Origin: Amphiscolops sp. MND2022
Lineage: Eukaryota
Direction: 5' to 3'
DNA: 64,000 nucleotides
NCBI GenBank assembly: GCA_964187785.1
Contig: OZ076421.1
Span: 35,898,001 to 35,962,000 of the forward strand
Shown here: positions 37,463 through 50,188 of the stretch, piece after piece
Layout: every line of letters begins with the position of its first letter
How positions within the stretch are numbered: the stretch's first letter is position 1
Made by a program: the position numbers and the translations under genes
Notes under the pieces: generated by a model
The model's input: only the letters and a program-made list of their open reading frames with translations
The model's database searches: none
What the model was told of the DNA's origin: nothing

Positions 37463-40195
37463 CTGATTTCAGGTCATCGGCATCTGATCTTGGCCAATTT
37501 TCAAGATGTTGCTTGCCTTAAGCAATAAAATATGTGAGTTAGAATTTAGGCCACATTTTTCAAAAAATTTGTTCATGTGACCGAATCTTAATTGCACTAT
37601 TTGTCTTTCTGAAAGTACCTGCATTAGTAGAACCTCAATCAAAAGCAGGTTTGTTTCGATCAATTTTCATTGATTTGTCGCCTCGCGCTGCGTTTGAAAT
37701 TGGTGGTTATTCTTCTTCAAACGAACTCTAATCAATCTTCAGTCTGTAGATGGCATGTTCCACAGGGGTTGCAAAAAACTGGGAAAATTTGATAAGACTG
37801 AATAAAAAATTGTGGTGTTTTGTCCCATTTCGAGGGAAAGGGCTTCTCGATTGGCCTGAAAGGGTTCCCTAGTTGACCTGAGTTTGCCTGAAGCTATAAC
37901 ACCAGACGCTAATGTTCCTGAATGTCAATGAATCGCAATCGCGCACTGTTCTTAGTTCAAATTTATCTTCCCATGAATCTTTTTACAGACAATTGGCCCA
38001 ATAGAGGCACTTAAATTGCATTGACAGATGGTCTCCGATATGTTGTAAGAATTTTGGAAGACTGTCAAAAATGTTTTGATGTATTCTTAAATTTTTTGCA
38101 TGTGACTTCCAAGTAACCTTTTACCCAGAGGGCAGAGATATCCATAGAGAAAGTCATTTCCCATTAGTCCCTGGGAATTTTTTCTTCATTTTTTCTTCCT
38201 TCATCTCTAGGGAAAACAAAATCGAAGCGCGGGCAAGTTGATACTTGATTACGTAAGCACCGTGTCTTTTGTTCCGTATAACACGCAGCCCAAAATGCTC
38301 CGCTAGGCGCCTAAAATTGACATGGACTCGAAATGATACACTTTTCTATAGGCGGAGAAAGTAATAGAAAACACCGCAAAATATATATCACTTTTGGGAA
38401 CATCCATCCATTCATGTATACACCAAACGCAACCACGTACCCTCAAAAATATGGAAAAAATCAATGAATATGAAAATTTTTATCCCAACGAATCTTCGCT
38501 TGCCTTCAGCTAATCAATTTTTTCTCCTTTAAAATTTCCTACGCCATCCATTTCTATTTGACATCCATATATTCCGTTTTTCCACTCAGTATTTTGCGGA
38601 AAATCAGATTAGCCGAGCTTTGTTGGAAAAAACGAGCGGACCAAATTTGGATAAAATAAAGATTGGGAGAAGCGTGAAGAAAAAGTGAACAAAGTGAAAT
38701 ATACGTGAACAACTAAGTCCCTCCTGGTATTGCGTCAAACAGCGGCCTGTCTTGGGAAAACAAACCGAGGGTAAAATATATAATAAAACAACTTTTGCAG
38801 CCTACTAATTGCTAATTCAGATTTACTTTCTGCTTATCTCAAAGCCTGTTCACTCTCCGTTCACGCGTTCTACTCCCGCTTCTCCACAAATTTCCCGCCA
38901 AAAAAAATTGCTTCTTTTCTTTTTCTCCACTTCCCTCCTTTGTCTTTGCCCAACTAGAGCCCAGAATAAATCAATTTTGTCACTTTCCAACGCAACACTA
39001 CTGTTCTACCACCGCGCATCTCTTTCCTATTTTCCCGGTTTTTTCCCGGGTTTATCCCCGCATGATCTATCGGACAGGTATATTCAGAAAACACTGCTGC
39101 GGCGTTGGTTCTGATAAACCCGGGAATAGTTGCACAGCTGATATGTAAAAGGAGGTTTTTATCCTTTCTTTGCTCTATTTTTAATATGCCACAAATATAA
39201 CGTATTACGCACAACAACCGCGCTGTATTTGAATCCGTAGATTAGGTCTACACCATTGCAAAATCGATCATTGGCAGGTCGTACCATCAAAGGTATTTCT
39301 TTCCTTCTTTCCTTCTTTCCTTCTTTTTTCCTGTATTATGTCTTTTTGCTGGTTATTACCATTAATTTAATAAATTTTTGTCGCTGTCTTAAGCGGATGT
39401 TAACTTTTTCTCACGGCATGTTTGCAAATAATTCCCCAAAGTTTATTGTCCCCCCACACGATTTCTCTGTCCTTATTTGACATGTTGCGTTTCATGCGGA
39501 ATTCATTTCGGGGATAAACTTAGCAGGAAGTTCCCGCCGATTGCGCAAATAAATGGATTTATTTTTGTTCACCGCTCTTTCTGTGTTATGTCCTCAATGC
39601 GGGTAATTTATTCCCGTGGATTTAAAACAAAAATCACTTGTTGAAACTTGCTTTCCTGACTTGTTTTCCAATTTCTCTGCTTAACAATTTCTTAACCAAC
39701 AGGAATTTACGTCTAATTTGTACAAACATATTTTATTATAAACCGCTGTAATATTACCCATATAACCACTGAACCGCATTTCAGTTTACAGCCTCACAGA
39801 AGCTTCACAATTTTAGCAATTCTTTTATCTTTAATTAAGCAAGTTGCATTTGACCGAAATAAAATTGTAACTACCACCAATTCTTACGACCTAAAGCGGT
39901 CTTTTACTTTGATTTTCTTCAAGAATTATCTCAAATTAAACTGCGGCTGACTGAACCTCTTTGAAGACGATGCAAAGTCTCTCGCTTCGGTAGTTTTTGT
40001 AACATTGTTCTTATGATAACGGTTTGATAAGCTGTGAGATACTTTGGGTTACATCGTTCGATAGGTTAGGAGTTATAACCCGAGTGTAGAAGTGTTTCTT
40101 GTTATTTATAACTTGTGCTGGTTATCACAAGTTAATTAATGGACGCGAAGTTATCTAGACCCAGGCAACGTTATCGTGTTTCTTCGTCAATTCAG

Positions 40196-40423
40196 GGACA
40201 TCAATCCAACTGCAACCTGTCAAACAAAGCATGGGCCAACGATTCCACGCTATCCCCCAACAATACTGTTGACAAACACCAGTCGTCTCAGAACCAACAA
40301 CAACTCGAGAAGACTTCCTGTGACCCTACCACTTCTATTTGTCAACAAATAAGCAACTCCAAAAACAAACTCATGCCTAGAGCCAGATCTTCGGACACGT
40401 TTGAGCACCCGGCCAAATTGCAG
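40196..40423 (+). CDS. Next TRAF exon (phase 0-0, 76 codons)
   Basis: Acceptor TGTTTCTTCGTCAATTCAG, donor CAG|GTAAGA. Begins GHQSNC, which completes C-x2-C-x11-H-x3-C when spliced to the 15405-15566 exon; then S/N/Q-rich. Confidence 0.75.
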
Positions 40424-41552
40424 GTAAGAGTTGCTAGTTACGCAACAAGATGGGTCAAAAGTTTTTAGGGCAACCTTTGAGAGGTCAATGTTTTGTAACC
40501 GACCTAGAGGTCAAAATTGTTACGAGATTGAAACTTCTATATGCGCAGATAAGGTTTGGAAAAAATGGACACTTTTTTAATCAATTTTCAGACAATTTTA
40601 TAACGTTTAATATAGCATCATGCAAAGCAAACGAAGTCAATCTTTTCGCTTGCGAATTTTGAAAGAAAAAAATTCCTGAAAATTCTATTTTGTGAAACGA
40701 TCATTCCATGTGGAACCGAAAATTTTGAATTTCATTCAGCAAAAACAAAAAAAAGTTGAGAAAAGCACTCAATGTTAGCTCAGTAGTACTGTGAAAAATT
40801 TTATTAGCCGTTGGTAAACATCTCCCTAGTTAAATATGTTGGGAAGTTCTTCATGCTGCTAATTTGTTTTTACATTAAAACTTCCGGAGACTTCGAAAAA
40901 CGTTGTAGGATTACAATGCAGTTTCCATTATTTTAATTAACGCTGAAAATAATTCCACTGCTTCACCTCTTCACCGTCTTGATAACTTTTTCACACTTCT
41001 AAAATTTTCTAAAGTTTCACCTCATGTCATTACCGTTAGTCAAATTGCACACCAAAAATCGTGATTCTTTGAAACTTATAAAGTGATTGAATGTGATTTG
41101 CAATTAAATCACCGTAAAACTGATGACGTCTCAGCGGCACTTGAAAATAGGATTAATACATACTGAAAGTTGTAAAACTTTATGGCTCCGAATTGTCGAA
41201 CCCAATTGTATCTTTCAGATAGCCTGACACAATTCAATGGAATCAGTGAAAATCTAATGCATGAAAATTTCCTTGTAGTTCTATAAAATCATGACAACAT
41301 AGCCTGGCAACCTACAAAATGCAACAATCGGTCGATTGTGTCCACGTTGTCAAGATAACATTTAGGTCCAACGCAAGTTGTCTCGTAAGAGATTGCCAGC
41401 CATGAAGCGTGAACCTTGATATGGAATTCACGGAGAATACATTAGCCTTCATTGATACACAAAAGCAGGCAACAATCGGGATTAAATTTTTCTGTTCAAA
41501 ATGGACCGTGGGCAACAACTCATACTAGGTGGCAACTCATATCAAAACAAAT

Positions 41553-42280
41553 AAGACGGGAACGTTTCAAGTCGACGCTATACCTAAAGATCAAAAAAAA
41601 TTAAAAATATGCCCGGGACATTTTTATGAAAAACTCAGAAAAAAGAATTGAAACCCCCAAAGGGTGCCCTTCGTGCTCGGAAAACGTTTCAGAAGTTCGG
41701 ATATAGCGCGCTGAGACAAAGACGAGCGCTATTTTTGATCATACGACTCCTCCGCAGTAAAACGCAATATAGTTCGGATATGTCTTCAAAAATTCGGATA
41801 GAGGGCTTTACTCGAGATATTACGTCAGAAATTAGAAAGGTAATGAAAAAAAGTATTGGTAGATATATGTTGAAAGCCTAACATCAGACAAAAAGTGAGA
41901 CTTTTGTTTTGAACAGTCTCATAGTGCCAAAAAATCTAAAAAGGGTACCTTCTGGAACTTTTTAACATCCATTCTGTTGCAAAATGTCAACAAAATTGAT
42001 AGGGGACCCTTTGAAGACATTCAAAAATGTTCGGAAAAAGTCTCACAAACCCGAAAAAAGTGAAAAGTCTCATAGTTCCGGAAAAAGTAGAAACAGGGAC
42101 GCTTTTGCTTTGGAATGATTTTCTATTTCATGTAAGGGTCTTCGGATGTGGTCAAAATCAATTACTAAGTACTTTTGGTAAAGACGCATATAGTGCACAA
42201 AATGTTTGTGAGGCTGACCGAAAAAAACTAGTCGCTGTAATAGTTGGTCTTTTTTCCTTAAGGGAAAAGGCGCCGACTAA
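41553..42280 (-). mobile_element. Helentron/DINE-like copy
   Basis: Family ends in reverse orientation. Confidence 0.65.
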
Positions 42281-42515
42281 AAAGAGACTACTCATACCAA
42301 GCGTTTGTTCAAATCAAGTACAAAAATAATACTCAAAAAATGATTGAAACAAAGTTACAAACAAGTATTGTGTTGTTTTTTTTTCAAAAGAAAAAACAGC
42401 TTTTTCCTTGATCTTGTAAAGTGATTAAAGATAATTATCACTGCATCAGAGGAACCAGTTTATAATCCCAAATTGTATGGAACGTTTTTTTTCAAAATTG
42501 ATCTCATTAATTTTT

Positions 42516-42854
42516 AGTCGGCGCCTTTTCCCTTAAGGAAAAAAGCCCGACTATTACAGTGGGTAGTGTTTCTTCCAGCTGACAATCTCACTCTGAATGG
42601 ACAACTCTGCACTTTCCTTACAATTCTGACAATCTTACAATTTCTTACGTAGCTTACGAAGTAGTATTTTTACATCTAAGAAACCCAACGGGGACAAAGG
42701 GTACTCCCTTTCAGTTTTTTTTCGGCATTGTGAGACTTTTTTTCAATTTTTTTCATAAAAGGGTCCCAATTCACCAATATTTTGACATTTTGAAGTCCTT
42801 TTGCTATTTTTGAGCCTTAGATATGGCGCCAACTTGGGCCGTTCCCGGCTTGTT
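42516..42854 (+). mobile_element. Helentron/DINE-like copy
   Basis: AGTCGGCGCCTTTTCCCTTAAGGAAAAAAGCCCGACT ... GGCGCCAACTTGGGCCGTTCCCGGCTTGTT. Confidence 0.7.
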
Positions 42855-44149
42855 AGTTGTTACTCCGCGACTTTGATTTGCATTATTCCCCTGATCAAGG
42901 TGATTGCTTAATATGAGCTGTCGCTAGGCCTATGTAAATTTTGCATGATAAAATCAAGTCTTCAGTAATTTCACACGAACTTCAAGTTGATAATTGAGAT
43001 TATCTGTCAAATGTATGCATATATTTTCTGGAAATATGTCGTATAAATTTTTTTGAAACACGTAGAAGTGCTTCTGATCAGTTCTTAATGATAGGTATAA
43101 TTTTTTGCCTGCTCGGTGAACCTTTATTGCGTAATTTTTTTACCATGGAACTTTATGAGTTGACCACGGATGAATCATGATTTAGCATGAATGAACTATA
43201 CAATGACACCTGACATGAAAATACGTCACTCAAGACCTTGTCTGAACAGGGGTAACTCTGTATGATAGTGCATGAACAAACAATAGCAGATACCTTGTGA
43301 ATCGTTTGAATTGAACATTCGAATAGCATCTTTTCTTACTCTGAGAATCTGCTTTGATACGGTCGCTCGATTGGAATTGGGGATAGCGTATTCAGTGCTA
43401 GTATTTCGCTGCTTGGAGTAAAATAGGTTTTATCGTACGAATCGCGCGTAAACTCCAACAAAAATGCCCAAAATCTGTGAGGCGTTGTAGCAGTATTGTG
43501 CAAAATGAATCTCCAACCAAAGTTCGCAAAATGCGTTTTGAAAACTCCCAACAACGCTTAGTAGTACCCAAATAGTTAAGGGAAGCTCCGTTGACAAAAT
43601 TAGTAGAATTACTACTCCCAATTTTGCTTTTGGAATTGAAATATTCCCGACAAGATCACGTGGTTTTAACACTTTGATTTCTCAACTACTCATCTGAAGT
43701 AGTACGTTGGGTATGACGTTAGTTAGCAAACCATAGCGTGGTTGAAGATACTTTGCATTCGACTGGCGAAAAATTTGATGCAATCTCGGCTGCTTTAAAT
43801 ATTAGAACTGTCAGGGAATTATCAAAGAAATCAATTTTTTCGTAAGGGGTTAAGAAAATCACAATAAAACTTGTTGGCAACCTCCAAAAACATGTAAGAA
43901 GTTCAAGCCTTGTCAACTACAGCAATGATAGCTTTCCAGCAATGATTTATAATAATAATTGAATTTATCAGGTGGCGTTATACATGTTCCATAATTTCAA
44001 AGTAAAAATATATATATATATATATAAAAGCCCCTGAAAAGAATTCCTACAAGCACAAAGGCTTTTCGTGAGGAATCCTTTTTTACAACAAAAGGTATGA
44101 GTTATTGGTTAAAACAGAAACTTGGTTGAGGTAGAGGTTTGACACTTAT

Positions 44150-46970
44150 TTATCTATTGTAGAGGAGATCGATCAGTTCACCGTTGCCAAAAATATATAG
44201 ATCTGAAATTTGGTGATAGAAGTTTTGAACCTGCTTTTCATCCATTTCACATATATTTTCCTCGGACGGCAAGACACCCCACTTACGTAAAGCATTCATT
44301 AGTATTATTGCATGAGAATCTAGCCGATCAGTTTTTGCAGCGAAGTTCCAAACGTTTAGACTTCTGTTTCTTGTCTGCCTGGTTTGAGCCCCAATCTTCA
44401 AATTTTTGAAACCATTTCGAATCTCATTAATAGAGTACTTGAAAACTTCGTATATATGGTATTCAAAAACTGTGCCAATTTTTAGCTCTTTAAATTTTGC
44501 CATTACACTAGCCCTTGGTGGAAGTCGGAATGCTATCCGAATTATTTTTTTTTGAAGTAACATGATTTTTTGTAGTCTTGTTTTCGGGCTTAAACCATAC
44601 AAAAGAACCCCATATTGAATAATTGGCGATATATATGATCTGATGTATTGTACTAACTGTCTTTTGTTCAGTGTTTCTCTTAATTTGTAAAGAATTCCAC
44701 TCTGTCGTGCAAGTTTCCCAGTGATTTTACTAATGTGCACTTCAAAGTTCAATTTTTTATCAAAATGTATGCCCAAGTACTTGTAGTTTTCACATGAGGA
44801 AATTTCATGATCCCCAATTGCTATATTTGGATGATTTACTGATCTCTTCTCGAAAACAACAAACTTCGTTTTCATGTAATTACAGTCAACGTCATTTTCA
44901 TTCAGCCAGCTTTGAAATAAACTTTTGTCATCTGATCTAGAGTTTAATTTTTCTATCATAACTGTGTCATCAGCATATTTTACAACTTCGCTCTGCCAAT
45001 TTTCATCTGCACCCAGGTCATTAATATATACAAGAAACAAAAGTGGGCCAAGAATAGATCCCTGTGGTACTCCACGTTTTATCGATCTCATTTTTGAACA
45101 TTCATTTTCAATTTTAACATACTGAAATCTATTTGCCAGATAATTTTCCAAGAGCTTATGAGGAATCCCTCTAATACCATAATGGTACAACTTTTCTAAC
45201 AAGATTTTATGATCAACTGAATCAAATGCTTTCCTGAAGTCGACAAAAATGCAGTTCGTTTTGGCTTTGGATTGCCAATTTTCTTCTATTTTTTTATATA
45301 GCGATGTTGCTGCTTGGATACAATTTTTCTTTTTCCTGAATCCGTATTGATTTTCCGAAAGGAGTGAAAACTTTTCTAGATAGTTCATCAATCTTTCGTG
45401 GATTACTTTCTCAAATACTTTTGATAAATTACCCAATATTGAGATTGGTCTGTAATTTGAAGGTAAATTTTTTTCTCCGGCTTTAAAAATTGGAACTACT
45501 TTGGCAATTTTCATACTTTGGGGGAAAACTCCTTCTGAAATGCATTTATTAAAGGCAGTTTTTAGGTAAGGTCTAACAATTTGTGCCGCTTTCTTTAAAA
45601 CTCTGACATCTACACCATCTTTTCCAACAGATTTTTTGTTTTTCAATGTTGCGATAATTTTCAATATTTCATCATCATTTACTGGACGTAGAAACATAGA
45701 TTGCGGTTGGTTAACTTGCTGACTTTTCCATTTAGGAGCGGACGTGTTATTTTGTTTATCACAAGCAGTGACGAAATATTTATTGAAGTCTTCAACAGAT
45801 AGTCCTCCAAAATTTTTCACTTGGGTGTCAGTTCCTTTCATTTTTTTTAATATGTCTGTACAGTTCTTTTGGATTATTTTGCTCAATTTTGTTTTGAACT
45901 TCATTTCGTTTTGCAATTTTAATCTCCATGTTGACTTCATTCCGTTTCTTTTTGTATTTTTCGTGATCAAGCTCTGTTTTTGTTTTGATCCATAGCTGGT
46001 ACAGTTTATCTCTAGTAGCTATTTGCCGTTTTATACGATTTGTTATCCATATTTTTTTGCAAACGCGTCTTTTTACTTTATTTAGCGGAAAGTATTTGTC
46101 AGTGGCATCGTGAAGTAGTTGTGCAACCTTATCAAGATATGCTTCGGCTTCTGTGTTTACCTCATCAATTTTCCCCAGAGAATGACTCAAGTAAAAGAGA
46201 AACTTTTCACAGTAGAGAGGATCTTCTAATTTTTTCAAGGATCTAAATTCATAGATGTTTTCTACGACCTCATGGTATATATTGATATCCAACTTCAAGC
46301 TGTAGTGATCAGAGAATGTAGTCTTTACTATCAGGGATCGTTGAACAGGAACATTGCTGTATATCGAATCTATACATGTACTTGATGTAGCAGTTTCTCT
46401 AGTAGGTTCTCTCAAACTAACCAAATCAAGTCCTTGTGAAGACATCAAGTATTCTAGCGTTACCCGTGCTGCAAGGGACACGTTCAAGAGATCAATATTG
46501 AAGTCACCACATGCTATTTGTAAACCGTCGCCATTTTTCATCAACACTTCTTCAACGTGTTCTAGATACTGGTTTCTGTTTCTGGAAGGTTCACAGTAAA
46601 AACAAGAAACAGTGATTTTCTTTTTCTTTTTGGAGTCACTAATTTTTACTGATACTGACTCATGTATCTCATCAGTGTGTAATAGTTCTGCTTCCAAGTC
46701 TAACGTAACATAAATTGCTACTCCTCCACCTCGTCTTTTATTCCTAGTACTGGTAAATGGTCTGTGGTATCCGTCTATGCTATAAAGTTCTACATCATTT
46801 TCGTTCTTAAACCACGTTTCAGTTAGTGCGATAACAGATGGTTTTGATTCTGCTATCAAAATTTCTAGATCACCTAAGTTTGTTGATACTGATCTTATAT
46901 TATTATAGAAAAATGTCAACCCCTCTACCATACAGTTCTCGAAGTTTTGGTTTTTCAAATTTGCAGTCAA
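44150..46970 (-). CDS. LINE ORF2 (AP endonuclease plus RT), split by one extra base in a T8 run at 45841-45848
   Basis: YNNIRS, ALTETW, GGGVAIYV, CGDFNIDL, TCIDSIY, SDHY (APE); NYRPISIL, QYGFR, FVDFRKAFDSVDH, GVPQGSILGPLLF, YADDT, KYLG (RT). Confidence 0.93.
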
Positions 46971-47505
46971 ACTTTTGGTTTATTTTTTTTTTCGTTACAA
47001 GGCGGCAGTGTTTTTAGTGTTTTTGTCTCTTGTTGGTTTCTTGCAAAGTGAAAGGTCGAATTTGTTGCAACAAAGAACTGATGTGCGCCTATGTCATGCC
47101 AATCGCCTGGGTCACATGCAGAAATTTGGCAAATGTTGTTTTGAATAGAGAAAAAAAAAGTATGAAAAACAGAAAACAGCAAAGACGGAGAATCGTCTCT
47201 ACTACATTTCGAAATTTTTCTTCTTTTTCGCCTTTTTCTTTTGTTTTTTTTTCTTGGGCAGCGGAGAATCGCTGCTGTGGGAAACGGAGAATCGTCCCCA
47301 CATAAAAAGACATGAAAAATAAACGAATAAATGCAAAAACGTTATAAGATTAATTGTACAATCGTTTTTTTTTATACCCTAAGTTTTTATCATGATTTCA
47401 AAGAGAGTAATAATTTGCTCTTTTATCCAAGTTTAGATTAAATAAGGAACACAAATGCTTAATTGTTTATGTTTATATAGAGAAAGTTTAGTTTTCTTTC
47501 TATAT

Positions 47506-48390
47506 TCAGTTGTTTTCGTTATCAGCTTTGGCTTTCTCCAAGAAAACTTTCTTTTGTTCGGGTGACATGGACGCAAAAATCATCATCATTTTCTCCTCAT
47601 CGTTTTTTATCACGCTAAGTTTTCTCTTCGCTGCAGTTTCTGGAGCACTTCCATACAAATTGGCAGGTCTTTCAACAGGGTTCCGCAATGCTTTGAGGTC
47701 TTCTGCACTTTTGATGGGAATAAACAGCTTGGTTCCATCTGCTTTTTCACACAAGACTGATACAATACAGTTCCGTGTTGTCGTTATGTAGTTCAAGGCT
47801 TCAGCGTCTTTCTTTAGTTGATTATCGAAGGATGGGAGGCGTTCGTTGATATAGATATTTTTCCCATTTATTGTATTTTTAACTTTTTTGAGAAGTTTTC
47901 TCGCCGCAAAAACTCTGTCTTTGTCATTGAAGTAAACAAACTTTATTATTATGGGTAGCATCAAGTTATCTGGGAGATATGGACGTGGTAGCAAGTGATA
48001 GGCTTTGAAGCTGTATCTATCTACATCTCGAACTTTTAAGGTACCAGTGATGAATTCCAATATGTTTTTCAAAAGATTTTTTTCATCCCTCGGGTCAAAA
48101 GGGGGATTGTTGATAATGAGAGAATCTTTACTTGAGTATCTCTCTTGTGCTCGAAGCCGCTCATTTATATCATCATAAAGTTTGAAAAGTTCGTCCAACC
48201 TTTTGTTCGTATCAGAATGATTTTGATCAACCTTCTCCGAGAGTTTTTCCAGATAATGCCGCAAACCTTCATCCTGGATGTTGGCCAGTAGTTCCCTGTC
48301 TTGTTGTGCTTCAGCTCTTACCGACATGATAAGTTTTCGGCAAAATAAAACAGGAAGTAACAATGTTTTCAAAACGTTGAAATGTTTCAC
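47506..48390 (-). CDS. LINE ORF1 (coiled coil plus RRM-like region)
   Basis: ERLRAQERYSSKDSLIINNPP, PIIIKFVYFNDKDRVF, IYINERL motifs. Likely start MSVRAE near 48327. Confidence 0.8.
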   Translation of the reverse strand: MKHFNVLKTLLLPVLFCRKLIMSVRAEAQQDRELLANIQDEGLRHYLEKLSEKVDQNHSDTNKRLDELFKLYDDINERLRAQERYSSKDSLIINNPPFDPRDEKNLLKNILEFITGTLKVRDVDRYSFKAYHLLPRPYLPDNLMLPIIIKFVYFNDKDRVFAARKLLKKVKNTINGKNIYINERLPSFDNQLKKDAEALNYITTTRNCIVSVLCEKADGTKLFIPIKSAEDLKALRNPVERPANLYGSAPETAAKRKLSVIKNDEEKMMMIFASMSPEQKKVFLEKAKADNENN

Positions 48391-48591
48391 TTTTGAAATG
48401 AGGCAATGCTAATGTTCAATGTGCGATTTGTATGGCGAGCGCACACACAGTTCTTCACTCAAGCAAGCGACCGTTCATTACGTAATCGATGTTGTTGTTT
48501 TTTTTTTATTTATTGCAGCAACTGTTTCAATCAGAAATCGCAAAAATTGTTGAAATTTTTTTGTGAGGTGAAATTTTGTTCATGTTGACAG

Positions 48592-48795
48592 GGACACCAC
48601 CCAATTCAAATAGACGGCAGCCCGGCCTTATCGTTTGTGGGCAACATGAGGGGTCACAGTACGACCCCTGCAGTGGGTTACAACCACGGTCATGACCCCT
48701 CCCAGGCATTTGCCAATGTGGGTTATGGCGCCCTGTTCGCGAAACTTGAGATGCTCAACAAATCTGTGGAAGGCGGAAGCGAACCTGACGAACAT
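48592..48795 (+). CDS. Probable TRAF exon (phase 0-0, 68 codons, low complexity)
   Basis: Acceptor TTGTTCATGTTGACAG, donor CAT|GTTAGA, GC-richer than flanks, open frame GHHPIQIDGSPALSF...LFAKLEMLNKSVEGGSEPDEH. Confidence 0.6.
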
Positions 48796-50128
48796 GTTAG
48801 AATCATATTTATATCACTCGTTGGTTATAACTTGATAACTTGGTGGTTATAAGGATTAGGTCAAGGTTGGAATTGATACTGAAAAGTTCCTATTGCTTGA
48901 ACATAGATAATGAAGCGGAGTGTTGTAGCTCGAGACTTTAGTAAACTTGTTGAATGAAAACAATTTATCGATTGATGCAAGTGTATTTCATAGTAAGACT
49001 AGTAAGACCATATGGCAATTGATCTTCCTTTTGACTTCTTTTCTATGGTTGTGTTAGTAACAACCTGCCATTTTGACATTCGAATTTAGTGAGGTTATGC
49101 AAGTGACGGCTTGCGCTCTGTCACACGGAGACTTTAAGAATACTTCACAAGAGAAACAAAAAATATTTTTAGGGTTTGTTATCAGTAAAAAATTGAGATC
49201 CCGTGTTGAAAAATTTTCAAAGTTGAGTCTTTTAAATTTTAGTTGACCTATCCATTTATATATTTTTTCGTAAAATCTGTGACTCATTTATAGGTGACAG
49301 TATAAACAGGTATGGCTTTTTGGGAGGCGTCTACTTTGATGTTAGCGGATGTCAAATATTGGTCAGCAAATTAGAAATTCGATAGAATCGAAGCAATTAA
49401 GAAGAAGCAAATCGTCCACTGAGCACCGGGATATTTTTCGCTGTGGAGTCTTATAGCGACAATTTAATTTTAGAGCCCGAGCGTAGCAGAATTTTTTCTG
49501 ACCATTTTTGGTTCATTTCAGGTACTTTAGTCCATGAAAACATCGGATTTATTTTTGAAAGTATGTCAAGTAGCTCAATATTTCTGTGGTTCTCGATATT
49601 CACGCTAATAAAAATTTTGAACAAAACGAATAAAGAACAATTTTTGAACGAAAGAAATGGAATTTAGCGTTTTTGAGATGTTTTCTCGAAAAACTTCGGA
49701 ATCTTTTGTTTTGAAAAACGCTAAGCAGCTAGTTGTTTTGTCTCTGAACGTTGTGAAATTCCCTTTAAAAATTTCTTATTTGAAACATTCTGAGTTTTCA
49801 TACTCTTAAATGACTCCTGCGTTTATTACCAAACAAGCAGAAGAGTGACACTGCAGAGTTTTTGTTTCCAGGAAATCACGGATACTGCGTTCAAGCGACA
49901 GTTGTCCGGCGAACAAAAGTGACTATTAAAAACAAGTCGGGACATAAGTCGGCTCCCACTTGAGGCTAAAAAAGCGCAAAATACTTCAAAATTTTAAGGA
50001 ACTTTTCTCTCTTCAAAAATTCTCGATCTCAAATAGTTTTCATACAGTGCCAAAAAAAATTTTGAAGAATTATGAACAAAAAATTCTTTTGAGGGAAAAG
50101 TTTGAATTCAACTTTGCTTTGTTTTCAG

Positions 50129-50188
50129 ACAGATCAGCAAACCGTCATCTTTCCATGTATCTTCAGAGACGCCGGTTGCCACTTTCAG
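50129..50188 (+). CDS. TRAF zinc-finger micro-exon (20 codons)
   Basis: Acceptor TTTGTTTTCAG, donor CAG|GTTAGA. TDQQTVIFPCIFRDAGCHFQ matches the TRAF CxFxxxGCxF motif. Confidence 0.8.

Larger units (their letters stand above)
44008..48480 (-). mobile_element. Near full-length LINE, L2/Crack/CR1 group
   Basis: ORF1 plus APE-RT ORF2, 3' AAAAGCC/GGCTTTT stem (44026-44066) and (TA)n tail 44008-44026. 5' end approximate; no TSD identified. Confidence 0.9.

Noticed and set aside
40139-40195. ATG at 40139 as the first exon of a separate gene
   Set aside because: The acceptor at 40195 gives a phase-0 exon whose GHQSNC completes the upstream TRAF finger, which is the better explanation.
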